A stretch of DNA of 63,516 nucleotides, counting the filler, from Rhabdomonas costata (lineage: Eukaryota), in the NCBI GenBank assembly GCA_019059605.1. It is 40 parts of 40 records of this genome, joined end to end, with 100 filler letters (N's around TTAATTAATTAA, not from the genome) between each part and the next. Parts side by side here need not be neighbours in the genome. Positions count along the whole stretch, not along the records: positions 11,140 to 12,629 come from JAHMHO010014619.1; positions 12,730 to 14,220 come from JAHMHO010014620.1; positions 14,321 to 15,811 come from JAHMHO010014621.1; positions 15,912 to 17,402 come from JAHMHO010014622.1; positions 17,503 to 18,994 come from JAHMHO010014623.1; positions 19,095 to 20,585 come from JAHMHO010014624.1; positions 20,686 to 22,175 come from JAHMHO010014625.1; positions 22,276 to 23,763 come from JAHMHO010014626.1; 32 more parts are not named here. One strand, 5' to 3'. A program made the translations under genes and the position numbers. A model generated the notes under the pieces. The model did not search any database. It was given only the letters and a program-made list of their open reading frames with translations, and was not told the DNA's origin. Shown here in pieces: positions 11,261-23,265 of the stretch (its first letter is position 1; every line of letters begins with the position of its first letter).

Positions 11261-14200
11261 CTAGCGTTGGTCAGGTGGGATAAGGGAGTTCGCGGGCGGT
11301 CACGGAAGGCTGGGAATTGCCAAGGTTTAGGTTACATTGACACGAAGAAGGTACAGATCTAAAGGCACTGCAGGTTGTAAAGAAGAATGGGAAAAGACGA
11401 AGAAGACAATGCCCAAGGGAAGCCCCTGGGAAGTTTTCTGTTGCGGTGGCATTCAATAACCACCCCTTCGAACATAAGGTTTCTGTGAGTTGGGCGCATT
11501 GCGCGCTGGCTGTTGTTTGGTTGACCGGTTGCTTGGTTGTTGAACGGAAACCGGCTCACCACCGAACGTTATACATCTGGTAACCTCCCTTCTGCCCCAC
11601 CGGTCCCGGGCCTTTGTCGCGCAGCTGCTCTTTTCCAGCGGCGACCTGCATTGTTTCATTGCTGCTCAGGTCTCTGAGACTCTGCACTCCTTCCTTGGGG
11701 GGCTGGGGCCTTTTCCCATGGGAACCACCCTCGGAGCTTTTCTTTCGGATGGGTGAACGGGCAGCACCGGTATCTACAGCCGTTGCCCTGCCAGCACATC
11801 ACTCTATGGTTGCGCTGGGGGCTATTCCTGCCCACTTCCGCTGAACCTCCTGAACCTCGGGGTTGCCTAACTGACTCCTTGCCCTGGTGCGTCTGCGAGT
11901 ACTGTCGATTCCCGTTGGTGGTAGCATAAGAGCCGTGATTTCTTGCGTTGCTCGATGGTCCACTTGTGCGTCTGCACACTGGGTCCGTCTGTACGCGGGT
12001 TTGTTCCCTCGGGTGCACAAAGGGAGGTTTCTGTATGTGTGTGTCGCTCTTCGTGATTTTGCTTTTTTTCTTTCAACAACTTCATTTGCCATGCCGGTAA
12101 TTGGAAAACATCGCATCAAAACAAACCAGCAAGCCTGCACTGGCTGAGTTTCCACAACGTTCAGAAGTTGAGCCGGAACCCTCTAGGGATGCCAGGGGGC
12201 AACATTTACTGCCAAAGCACATCAATATGGCATAACGATATTGATTTTCAAAAGTTACCAAAAGTAAATCAAACTCCTAACGCACACGAGCTTGCCCTGC
12301 GAGACCACAGCCTTCAGAGATCACAATAGCAGAACAGTGCTCCAGCAAATCATGTCCGGTCACAGGAGAGGCCATCAAAAGCCATCACAGAAGGCGGCTA
12401 GTGATAGGGTCGCCCCGAGGCTTTCCCCGAGCGCTGTCTTCATATGGTTCGATCCCCGCTGTCGAATTACAACAACAAAGGCTCAACCTCAAAACAAAAA
12501 CACTGACATAAGCCACTCCGCAGCATGACCGAAACACGGCATCTGAGAGACGGTGATCTATTTGGGCAGCTGATGCGGCTGCTCTTCCCTTCACTCTTTG
12601 TCATAGTCGAAAATGGCGCGCCCAGCAGCNNNNNNNNNNNNNNNNNNNNNNNNNNNNNNNNNNNNNNNNNNNNTTAATTAATTAANNNNNNNNNNNNNNN
12701 NNNNNNNNNNNNNNNNNNNNNNNNNNNNNGGGGGTGGTGTTCCGCTGAGTTTGCAAAAAATTCTGTTTCAACTCAAATGTCTCTGGTTTTGGGGATATCG
12801 CCGGTGAGATCGGATTACAGGCTCGACAGTCTTTCGTCCGGGGTCGCTTTTCTTCGTTTTTTACAACATAACCCTAACCCTAAGGCAAGGCACCAAATTT
12901 GCTAAACCTTTTGCCAACCCCTCAGTGGCCCAGCTTTCCTTGGACGACGCCTCCAAGCCGGGGCCGAAATGCCCGTTCGGCTTGCGCTACCCACTTCGCA
13001 AGGTACCGGGAGGGTGGCGTGTTTCGGTGAAAGCCCGCGTTTGGAGGTTGATGACTGATAATGGGACATGTCTTCACTTTTTCCCAAATTGAATTGTAGC
13101 ACAGTTCGGTTTTTCTACCTTCTTCCAATGTCGTGTGAAGAAAGGCCCTTTGCATGTGGGGTGGATTGCCCCAGTAAATGTGTTCAGATTATGATTCGCT
13201 TTTTGCAGACTCCTCGAAATGTTAAGGAAGCTTCCCACCAATTCACGGACGTTTGCGCCGTCTATGAGGCCAAGAAGGTGAGCCTCTTCTACCTCCCACC
13301 TATGCCTTTCTCGGTCTCATTGTGCTGAACTGCTGGCGGTAGTTACCTCTGTCAACATTGACCTTGGTCTAGGAGGTTCTTGTATCCTTTCCTGTGTATC
13401 CTTCCTGTGCAGTCCTCTTTGAACATGCACGAGTAATGCGTTCCAGAATACAGTCGTTTGTTGTACCTATTTATGGTGGCCGATGAATTGCCGAAAGTCA
13501 CGTTGCCGTGCGGAGAAGCTCGCCTGGATCCCGCCTGATTCAGTTCTTTCCAACCGCAAACATCCGTCTTCCATACTGGTGCAGGGGGGCGCCTTCTCTT
13601 CTTCAGCTGTTTCTGCTGATGCTGCCCTCAGGATGAGCATTTGAGGGAGTTCTGGCTGCGGAGGAGGCGAGCGGAACGGAGGCGGGAGAGCGAGACTGCG
13701 GCACAGGCCGCGTATGCGGGGAAAAGCCCCCCGCCCCGGACCAACCTGAGCCCCAGTCACAGTCCCAGCCCCATCCGCTGCGCTCGTAGGCAGAAGCTGG
13801 TACGCCACTGAACCCCCCACGGTTAGGATCGCGGGCAAATTTGGTCGTCGTTGTGTTGCATACACCTGCTATCTATATTTGTTCATGCATACACCTGCTA
13901 TCTCTCTCATAGTCTGCCAGTCGATAGGTCACCAGCAGTCCGCCAGCCAATGGCCAGTGGCCCTATTCACACAGCACGCCCCATTCGCACCACACGAACT
14001 TTCCTTCTTGGTGCCTGGAAGAAGCATGGCGGCAATCCCAGTTCCACGGCAGAAGCTCAAGCCTCTGGCCTTGGGGCCCACGGCTGAACGTCTTTGCCCA
14101 CGTCCCTTTTCAGGGACGGCGACATAATGTCGGCGGGGGGAGGGGCCCCGGCCGACAACAAAAAGCTCCGGTTACCCAGCCGACCTGTCAAAAACAAAAC

Positions 14201-14621
14201 GGCCCAAAATCCAATAAAGGNNNNNNNNNNNNNNNNNNNNNNNNNNNNNNNNNNNNNNNNNNNNTTAATTAATTAANNNNNNNNNNNNNNNNNNNNNNNN
14301 NNNNNNNNNNNNNNNNNNNNTTGTGTTGGTGGGAAAGCCCGTTCAAAGCAAGGCGCTACAAGGGGCACGGGTGGGAACCGGCCTGAGGGTGCAAGGACCA
14401 GGCAGAGTTTTGGGAGGCCCACTGTAAATTAAAAGGCCCTGGTCTGCTTCGGTTTCGCTGAATAACCTCGAGTTCCGAGGTGCTACATTGAACACCGCGT
14501 GCACCGGTAAGTGCGAACGATGCTTTTCTGCTACGTCTTCTTTTCTTACCGATTTATGTCATGCCTGTTGTTTTCTTTGCCCTCGAAACCTACGAGCGCA
14601 CGCAAAAATCAGGATACACAC

Positions 14622-15510
14622 TTTTCAAAGTACTGGATCACCACTTGCCGGGTGTACGTCAGCGAGCCCGTGGCGCGCATCAGCCGCAGGGCATAGCGCT
14701 TCAGAGACTGCTCCGTAGTTCGCTGGCGGAGGATTTTCTGCAGCTTCTGGTCATCCTTCGCGCAGCTGATGTGGTGGATCATGGGGAAGCTGTACTTGCC
14801 CTCTGTGATGTCCTCGCAGAAGTCCTTGTTCTGCAAAAGAAAAAAGGAGGCGCGAGGAGGCGGCTAAATCGCCACCATCACCAGCATTGGGCCCTAAATC
14901 AGGTGACGACATCCGAATACCACCAGCCTCCTCCCATGATTGAGTCAACAACAGGGTGCAAAGGGTGCAAAAAGGTGATAACAATGATTAGCATTGCAAA
15001 ATTTGATCACCTCTCACCCCAACTATTCGGGTCAAAATAGCCATTTTGGTTGCTTTGTTGTAGTATGCTCAGGGGAACCGCAACCAAAGATTCCTTTCGA
15101 ACATCCCTGGTTTCAAAAACGATAAAATTCGGGAAACTTTGCGCCATTCGGCGGCAGGATGCGTATCCTGAAAGAAAGGCCTGCGCGGAGGAACAGGTGA
15201 AACCCTGGCCAAGTCAATGTTTGCATCACACCTTTCCATATTCGGTGGACTGAAGGTTCATGTAGTCATCCCGAATCTGCAAAGTACAAGGGAGAGAAAA
15301 ATTCCTCAAAATTCCATTCCTTCATTTCTTCCGCTGTTCGAATCCAAAAAGACAAACTCGTCCGACTGCACTGAGTGAGCTGAGCGGTGGGGATGCAAGC
15401 AAAGGTTGAAGAGGAGAGAAACAGAGCATGGGCAGAGGCAACAATAGGGCCAAAAACCTGGAAGTACACTGCGAAGTCGTCCACAATAGGGTTCAGGTCA
15501 ATAGTCCGGC
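14622..15510 (-). CDS. GGPS1: Geranylgeranyl diphosphate synthase, C-terminal exons 15510-15458, 15276-15232, 14830-14622
   Basis: Spliced product IDLNPIVDDFAVYFQ|IRDDYMNLQSTEYGK|NKDFCEDITEGKYSFPMIH...ILRQRTT...GSLTYTRQ contains the FQIRDD second Asp-rich motif and EDxTEGK of the animal/fungal (BTS1-type) GGPPS. Confidence 0.93.
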
Positions 15511-16392
15511 CTGCGTCCACAAGAACAATCACACACACACACAAGCGCAGAGGGAAAGAGAGCCAAACATCACGCAAATGTCTGCTGTATCAGGAAAAAC
15601 CACAAGCAAGCGTGAGAATAAGAAGCCCCTGGGCAGTTATGAATCAGCTACGGGGAATGCGTCTTTCCGGAGAATGAAACCCCTGTAGTGCTCAGGCCCC
15701 GGATCCTTCCCACATCGGTACGAGAGGGATTGCTGCTTGTCTCATACACGCACGCACACGCGCGAGCGCGCACCCTGTGGGTCGTCGGTGCAGGCCTGCA
15801 TCAGCCGCACGNNNNNNNNNNNNNNNNNNNNNNNNNNNNNNNNNNNNNNNNNNNNTTAATTAATTAANNNNNNNNNNNNNNNNNNNNNNNNNNNNNNNNN
15901 NNNNNNNNNNNTTGTTTTGTGTTGTGTACATTCTGTACATTCTCCTCATTGATGCCACGTATTCGGCGATTGGGTCAAAAAGGAGAATGTACAGAATGTA
16001 CACAACACAAAATATACAGAAGTACAGGGCGAAAAAGGGAACACCGATCCGGATCGGAGCAGTACAAACTTAGACAGAGAGTGTCTAAAAGGTGAACAAA
16101 CCCCTGAAATGCAAAATTCGGGCCAAAAGCCCGAGGGCGCACAATGCCTGACGCCCTCATTTCTGGGAAAAGAAAATCTGAAACGTACGGCAGAAAAAGG
16201 CGAAACCTTTTTTCGGCCACAGCGACAAAAAGAATGAAGTCGTTTGCCTGACTCCGACAGAGGTTTTGTAACGGTCATGGGAACGCCGCAGATGTACACG
16301 TCCAGAGAAGCGAGCGAGCAAAGCAAAGCAAAGAAGCAAGACAAACAAGCAAGCAACAAGAAGCACAGCAGCGCGCTGGCTTGATTGAGGGC

Positions 16393-17285
16393 TCATCCCC
16401 AAGCCTGAATGGCAGTCGAGGTCCGGAGCCGCCTGCTGCGCAGCGGATTGACCGCAGGGGCCTCTGGGCTAACGGCGGGAGTCCCTGGGGACGGGGAATG
16501 GGGAAGGGAAAGGCGGTCCATTGACCCCGTGGTCAGTTCCCGGGAGGCATTGTCCAGGCAAAGCTTGAGAGTGGCGGTGAGCCGACCAAACCCGAAGTCA
16601 ATTTGGTGCTGGGTGTATACCCCAAGGGGCAGATCGAGCTGCAGCTGGGCCAACGATATGCTCTGCGCCAGGAAGCAAGAGAGAGAGAGAGATTCAGAGG
16701 AGGCCTCCATATAGGAAGCGCAGCACGAAAGAAGCGGGCAAACGGCAATCAGGGCCAGCTCAGCTCAGCGGACAGCTCTGCCTAAATACCTAAACAACTC
16801 ATTTTTCAGTCGGCAAGCCAAGATTTGACTCCAAGAAGGGTACAGGAAAACAGACAGGAGGTTTTTTTGGGACAGGTCGACTGACAACCGAAGGAAGGAG
16901 GAGCCCATCCGTCTTTATCCGTTTAAAAAGAGGCGAAACGTAGAGGCAGAACCACAGACCCGACAAAGCGACCGCAACACAGCAGTAGGCCAATCCATTC
17001 AAGCCCCACTTCCTGCAGAGGGTTCTCATTCGATCCGGCAATTCAATAAGTGCCCCGCATCCGCATCCGGGAATAGCCCAAGCCCTGCGGGTGTCAGTTG
17101 TGTGGGTGCTGCCCGAAAGCCGAGATTCCTTCGTTCTCTTTGTTCTTTCGTTCCTTCGCTCGCTCGTTCGAAGACAAACCATGAAGGACAGCGTGGTCTC
17201 GGGGTTCACCAGCTTCAGCTGCAGCCGCAATACCTCCCTCTGGGAGTCCTCCGCGGTAAACACCCACGGCGCCCTAAGCTCCCAC
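16393..17285 (-). CDS. Last two exons (17285-17180, 16662-16393) of a protein with a possible C2-like beta-sandwich end
   Basis: In-frame GT-AG join WELRAPWVFTAEDSQREVLRLQLKLVNPETTLSFM|SISLAQLQLDLPLGVYTQHQIDFGFGRLTATLKLC..., ending at TGA. The domain call is tentative. Confidence 0.45.
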
Positions 17286-19324
17286 CTGCAAAAACCACAC
17301 CCCTCCAGCACCCGGGGCCGAACAGCCTCTGAACGCCGCGGGATCCCCAGCACGGGGCAGGGGCAGGACTCCGGGGCATCCCTGGGATGCAGCCCGAACC
17401 CCNNNNNNNNNNNNNNNNNNNNNNNNNNNNNNNNNNNNNNNNNNNNTTAATTAATTAANNNNNNNNNNNNNNNNNNNNNNNNNNNNNNNNNNNNNNNNNN
17501 NNGGTGTGGGGGATCACCGAGCTACACCAAGGTGCCCTGAAAACACAGGTGGCGGCAAGTGCTACGCCGTAATGATTGGGAACTTGCAGTCGAGTTGAGA
17601 GCATGAGAGGGTGGACCCCGTTTGCCCGTCCTCAGTTGTCTCGGAAAGGAGGACGTGAGTGTTCTGTTACTCCTTGCGGTGTGAGTTTTTCCCCGCGTCC
17701 TCTTTTCGAGGATGTTGTGGGAGGTGCCCTGTCTGCAGTCTTTGTGGGACTCTCAGTGGGTAGGCCCGCACGTGCTGTAAACCAAGTGTGTGTTATGAGA
17801 GGGCGAAAAAATGGTGGTGCCTCGACACCACCCCCTCAGTGATGGGGGGATGCCGGGAAGCTCCTGCCTGAGTGCGGAATGTCTCGGATAAAGATAAAGG
17901 GCAAGGTCTTGTTTATGGTTGAAAAGGGCGCACAGGAGATTGGCGTCTTCGAAGCTGTGAGCTGTCGCCCGAACGTGCCCACACATACATACAAACCCTC
18001 ATTTGATGTTTCGACCTCCTGTTTTTTTTTCTTTCGTTTTTTTCTCCACCCCCCCCGAGTCATATTTGCAGTCTCTTTTGTGTGAACATTCCCGCAATGG
18101 CTCCTCTCCGCCATTTTTCCTCGTCAGGAAGCTTTCCTCCCCGAACTCGAAGCTGCGTTTAGGGCACTGTCTGTCCCTTCAACTTCTATCTCTCCCTGCC
18201 CCGTGTCCTCCACTACATAGCTCATGGACACGTACATGAACCCTTGTCTTTTTATTTGAGCCTTCCTCTGTTGCTGTGCATTTTTCTTTATTCACGGCAT
18301 TCCTTCTGATGTGCGCCTTCTCGGTGGCGGACGTTGGCGCATCATGTTGGCTATGGTTGCGCGCACCCCGGCTCGTACGTTGGTTCTCTTGAGGTGCGCT
18401 TCTTGTGCGTGCAGAGGGTGTTGCACAGGAATTACAGAATAGAAGATAATCGCAGGGTGTAACGGAGGTTGGGGGAGGGAATGTGGTAATGGTCACTTTT
18501 GGTAACAATGTATTCTATGAGAGCATATTCGTATTGAAGGCCCCCTAAATCACGTCCCCGCCCCAGCCGCCCGGTCGCGTCGCGGACTGGCCTCCGCTGG
18601 CCTTCCCTGCTAAAACTAATGCTGTCCCACTCGTCCGGCCGGTAACCGTTACCCGGTCCCCCATCGGGCCAATTACATCATGTGACGACACATGGCACTG
18701 CGCACGGAAGCAAAGAAATCTATCGAGAAAACGCAGCGGGATAAACAGCACATGACGGGAAGGAGTTCTCTCGTACTTCGCAGCGAGAATTAAGAAGCGA
18801 AGAAAAAAGAAAAAACGAGTCGAAGAATGAAAGGAAGAAAATGAGGCAAGCATTTTGACACATTAGGCAGAGAGGAAACGAAAGCCTCACTGGAATGGTA
18901 CATATGTGCCCCAGAGGAGAGGACCTTGAGAGTACTAACAGGACAGGTGAGTTATATTTTTGGACAGGATCAAACGATTGGCTGCCCACACACANNNNNN
19001 NNNNNNNNNNNNNNNNNNNNNNNNNNNNNNNNNNNNNNTTAATTAATTAANNNNNNNNNNNNNNNNNNNNNNNNNNNNNNNNNNNNNNNNNNNNTGTTTG
19101 TGGGGAGACGGGGAAATGGCGGTGGCCTGGGTGGACTTTTCAACAATTCAGTGATCAACTGATTCTGGGGGATGCCTTCGGGGTTGTCTCCCAGCTGGTA
19201 GATTACTGCCCACCAGGCGCAACTTAGCAGCACGGGAAGCCGCGTGGGGGCCGCGGCGGCGGTGGCGACGGTCCCGGTTTGGATTCGCCCCCCTCCCTCC
19301 CTCCATCCCTTCTCCTCCCCTCAG

Positions 19325-20210
19325 GTATTGTGCTGCGGGCGAACAAGCTGAGTCCTGAGACCTTGGAGCAGGCCTTCCTGGAGATGAGCTTTGAGACAGT
19401 CTCAGAGGACACCCTGCAGGCTGGCGCGCCTTTCCTCTCTCCCTTTCTCCCTCGGCTTCCCCTCCGGCTGAAGCTGCAGGCGGGCTGAAATTTTCATGGG
19501 ACGAATTGGTGTTGCTGCACAGGAACAGAACAAACCGCACGGCGATGCGGGTGATAAAGCTTTCGATGAAAATAACGAGATTGGTTGTAATCCCCACTGA
19601 GCCTCAGAGCACATCATGTGCGTGCGTGTGTGTGTGTGTGTGTGTTTGTGACCGGGGAAGGCTAGGTACCCACAAAGAGACCTCTAAACGCGCCAATCGG
19701 GGTTCCCAAAGGCCCCGCGTACTCTCGGATTGCGGATCGGAGGTCACATGGGGTAAGCCAACCCTACGTGACGAGAGAAGAGAGGATCAAGACACCCTGT
19801 GACACACGCCGCGCTTCTTTTTTTTTTCGTTCGTCTCCCACCTGCTTCGGGTTTCCCCGATGCACCGTGCATTTGGTCTGCCACCCTTCGCCCACCTCGC
19901 TCCTCGCCACCGCATCGTGGCTGCCTTGCCGTAACCCAAGCACCCCCAGTCTTTTTGTGCGTGGATGATGTGAGTACGGGGTCTGTGGGTTGGAGGTGGC
20001 ATTTTTGGTTCTCCTGTTTAGGCGCTGCTGCCGCTGATCCCCACGCCGGACAAGCTTCGAGTGATCTCCAAGTTTTCCAAGGAGGCCGAGGAGAGTGCTG
20101 CCGCGGGGGGCCCGCCCGCGCGGCTCTCCAATGGGGTGCGATTCACCCTGGTCGCGGCTCGAATCCCCAGGCTAGCTACCCGGATCCAGTGCATGATCGC
20201 CCACCAGCGG
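19325..20210 (+). CDS. Formin FH2-domain protein, exons 19325-19419 and 20022-~20210
   Basis: IVLRANKLSPETLEQAFLEMSFETVSEDTLQ|ALLPLIPTPDKLRVISKF...LSNGVRFTLVAARIPRLATRIQCM matches the FH2 pattern I.L....L..EEI..AI..MD...L....L..LL...PT.EE...A.QF...L..IPRL..RL. Confidence 0.8.
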
Positions 20211-21278
20211 GTCCCCAAGCAGCTCGGTTTTGCTTGGCACCTTCCCCCCCCCCATCCTCCTTGTAAACCTCCTCCAATCCTCCTATAGATATTTGGCCCA
20301 CTCCACTGCCATCCAGGGGCCAGGTTAGGGGAGCGGTGTGCGCTGCAGGGCGATTCATTTTTTCTGGTTTCCTCTGGTTCCTCCTGCGGAAATTCTAGAA
20401 GTCAGGCCAACCCCTCCCTCCCTTCCTCCTTGTCGCTCTCAGTCTCTCGGTTCTTGTAGGGGAATCGCGCTGAGGTAAAAATGCTCTGCGTGCGGCTCAG
20501 CTTAGCGTGGAGGTCTAAAACCTTGATGGCTCTAGCGCCCCGCTTTCCCGTATGCCTTCTGTGCATCGTACCGGTACATGGACCGNNNNNNNNNNNNNNN
20601 NNNNNNNNNNNNNNNNNNNNNNNNNNNNNTTAATTAATTAANNNNNNNNNNNNNNNNNNNNNNNNNNNNNNNNNNNNNNNNNNNNCAGCGGAACGTGCTG
20701 AGGGTGAGTCAGGGAGTGACGATGAGGAGGGGAAGGGGTGCCCTGATGACCCTTTCTCTCAGGGAAACCCCAACCGGAGGGCTCCCGTTTGCTTGGACGG
20801 TGACTCTGATGGAGAGGACTAACTCTGTTAGTTCTCTTCCCTTTAACCCGAACCAAAGTGCATGCCTGATATCCATGCAAGCCTTGAACCCAATGAACGA
20901 GAATGATGATTGGTTGCGTTAAATATCGAGCCAGTCAGTCAGATACTAGGCCGTCGAACAGCACCAACGGGCCGTCTTGGGATGTGGGGTACAGACCCCC
21001 CGCCATGCCAGTCAGTGTGCTTGCACTGCGACCGGGTTACATGCTGGTTTTTCTGTTCGTGTCAGCTCGGTTCTGTTTTGAAGTATACGGAACACCAAGA
21101 GGTACATCGCCTTAGCGTCCTTTTATCTCGACCGCACACACGTCTTTTCCTCAGCAATACCTTTTCTTTGGGTTTCTGAATTTGTCATTTGCCGGAACTT
21201 TCTTTTTTGAGCTTCGTCCCTCCGCCTTCCCATCCCTCGTCTCCTGTGTGAGATTTTTTGTGTACATTTTCCAACAAC

Positions 21279-21754
21279 ATGTGGGCTGCTGGGCTAGCCG
21301 CGGGGCTGGGCTACCTGATCTACAAAGGCTTCAGCGGGCAGTTTCTTACGGAGAAACAGACTTACAGGTTGTGGTGTTTGGTGTGTTTTCTCCGAAGTGC
21401 GAGTTGCAAGAGCGAAGGTAGGCAACCGCAGCGTTACCCTTTCTTTTCCCAGCAGTTTAAAAATTGAGGGGAATTGATGACCGTTTGCCACTGCCTTCCA
21501 AAGCGAAAAGCTGCATACGAAGTTCTCTTTTCCTCTGAGTGGAAAAGGGCAACTTTTCACTATTCTTCTCCGTCACCTTTCTCTTCTTTTTATTGCACCT
21601 ATATCGCCCCCTTTACCGCTGCATCCCCACTCACTCTCCTTTCCACAGGGTGGACTGGCAGCCACCTCGCGGGGTAGAGCCTGGACTTGCGCCTTGCCTC
21701 AGCTTCGTTGGGAACACCAATGCGGTCCTCGTCGCCTACCAGCAATACGAAAAG
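21279..21754 (+). CDS. N-terminal exons (21279-21340, 21649-21754) of a membrane-anchored protein, possibly P450-like
   Basis: MWAAGLAAGLGYLIYKGFSGQ|VDWQPPRGVEPGLAPCLSFVGNT: an N-terminal anchor followed by a Pro-rich ..FVGN segment. Exon phases are compatible. Confidence 0.4.
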
Positions 21755-22275
21755 GTTTCACCCCCCCCCCCCAATCCTTCCCTTCGTTGCTTTTCCAGAG
21801 CTCATTTCCCGTACCGAATTCTTATGCATTGTGGGTGCCATGGTTTTGAGGATTTGATATGAACGATGAAAGCAGCTGCTCACCTCGGACGAAATGCGCG
21901 CAGTGCAGGATTGCAATTGCTGAAACAGTGCGATTGTGGACGACACGAATGGGGAAGACAATTTCCGTGCCTTCGTCTGAGAACATCGACTCTGCTCTCG
22001 CGTTAGTGATCCCTGCTCGACATTCGCTTTGGCTGGTGCGTTTCTGTAATGCTTCTTCCAGAGAACTTCAACTGCTTCTTTGTTCTGCTGGTTTTTTCTC
22101 CTTCGCTTCATGTTTGCATTGCCATTTTCTGCAGTGCATGCTGGTGGGGTGCACGGTGACGGAGAAAAAACCAACNNNNNNNNNNNNNNNNNNNNNNNNN
22201 NNNNNNNNNNNNNNNNNNNTTAATTAATTAANNNNNNNNNNNNNNNNNNNNNNNNNNNNNNNNNNNNNNNNNNNN

Positions 22276-22375
22276 TTAAAGGTTTGAAGTGTTTGTGTCT
22301 ACGAACCCAGCTTTGAGCTTGTCTTTTATTAAAGTAATCTTTTGAAAGAATTAGAGATTGAATATGTGTTGTCAT
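22276..22375 (-). CDS. 5' part of a small basic viral protein (truncated by contig end)
   Basis: ATG 9 nt after the ATPase stop; MTTHIQSLILSKDYFNKRQAQSWVRRHKHFKPL, open to the contig edge. Confidence 0.6.
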
Positions 22376-22384
22376 ATACCATTA

Positions 22385-22788
22385 CTACATAAATTTAATT
22401 AAATCTGCAAGTCTCATAATAGAATCAGGTATATTATCATAAATTTCTCTCATAACGATAAAAACATCAATATTTTGTTCATGTTTAAGAAATGTTAACA
22501 ATTTTATTATGTCATCGTATAATTCTATCTTGATGTTTAGAAAAAAGAAATTCTCAAATATAATACATCTTTTTTTTGTGTACTATTTTCATGAAATGAA
22601 TTATCTAAATACATAAAATGTGGTAATTTTAATAAAATACTATCACAACAATTTAAGTATTCAGTATACTTGTTCTCAGCATCTGCTAAATATACAACAT
22701 AAACAAAATCATATACATGTGTTAATAAATGTAGTTTAATGTATCTTGTCTTTCCTGATTTTTTCTTTCCAACCAAGATATAGAACAT
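22385..22788 (-). CDS. Short, degenerate A32/FtsK-like P-loop ATPase with a -1 frameshift at an A8 run
   Basis: Walker A ILVGKKKSGKT. After the A8 run (plus-strand T 22570-22577) the -1 frame continues RCIIFEN (Walker-B position)...LLTFLKHEQNIDVFIVMREIYDNIPDSIMRLADLIKFM*, aligning to A32 motifs GRH.NI.I....Q....IP..IR.N.D. About 134 aa fused. Confidence 0.7.
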
Positions 22789-22789
22789 T

Positions 22790-22809
22790 TAATAAAACTA
22801 TATATTTTA
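22790..22809 (-). promoter_or_regulatory. Conserved upstream motif TAAAATATATAGTTTTATTA next to the ATPase start codon
   Basis: Identical 20-mer also at 23240-23259. Confidence 0.7.
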
Positions 22810-22830
22810 TTTATCTAAATAAACTTTCAA

Positions 22831-23239
22831 TTATAAAAATGTATAAATATGTTGTCTGACATCATTGCATATATTCAGACTTTTCATAAAATCATGTTTG
22901 GCTTGATTTAATTTTTCAAGTCGTTCACGGGTTTCTATATTTTTTTTTCCAACCATGAATTGGTGTAAAACTAAATTGTAATAGAAGAAGACATCTTTAA
23001 AATAATAACGCAAAGTTATATTGTCTACGTAAGGAAATATATTATTCACGATTTTGTCTTTTTTTTTCAGCAATTCTATAAACGTCATTGTTTGCATTCA
23101 CAGAATATTGTTTGTTGTATATTTTGTAATAATGCTTATTCGGGTCCGGATAGTAAAATTTCTTTTTATCATGATGCAAGGATTTATGGGGGAAATTATT
23201 TCGTATGAATTCCTCAGTATCAACCGATGTTATTGTCAT
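22831..23239 (-). CDS. Hypothetical viral protein; ORFs 23239-23042 and 23097-22831 are probably one gene split at an A9 run
   Basis: The two frames overlap across an A9 run (plus-strand T 23059-23067). Removing one A fuses ...YRIAEKK to DKIVNNIF.... Only the first ORF has the conserved upstream motif. Confidence 0.55.
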
Positions 23240-23259
23240 TAATAAAACTATATATTTTA
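23240..23259 (-). promoter_or_regulatory. Conserved upstream motif TAAAATATATAGTTTTATTA directly before the ATG at 23239
   Basis: Identical 20-mer also at 22790-22809; similarity extends about 13 nt further upstream (TTATTTAGA.AAA). Confidence 0.7.
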
Positions 23260-23265
23260 ATTTCT

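Noticed and set aside
12871-12883. TTAGGG/CCCTAA telomere-like words (also ~25652 and ~43213)
   Set aside because: Only two to three units, internal to contigs; too little to call telomeres or telomere-bearing elements.
21338-21345. Second GC splice donor (GG|GCAGTT)
   Set aside because: A same-phase GT donor lies 3 nt downstream (CA|GTTTCT).
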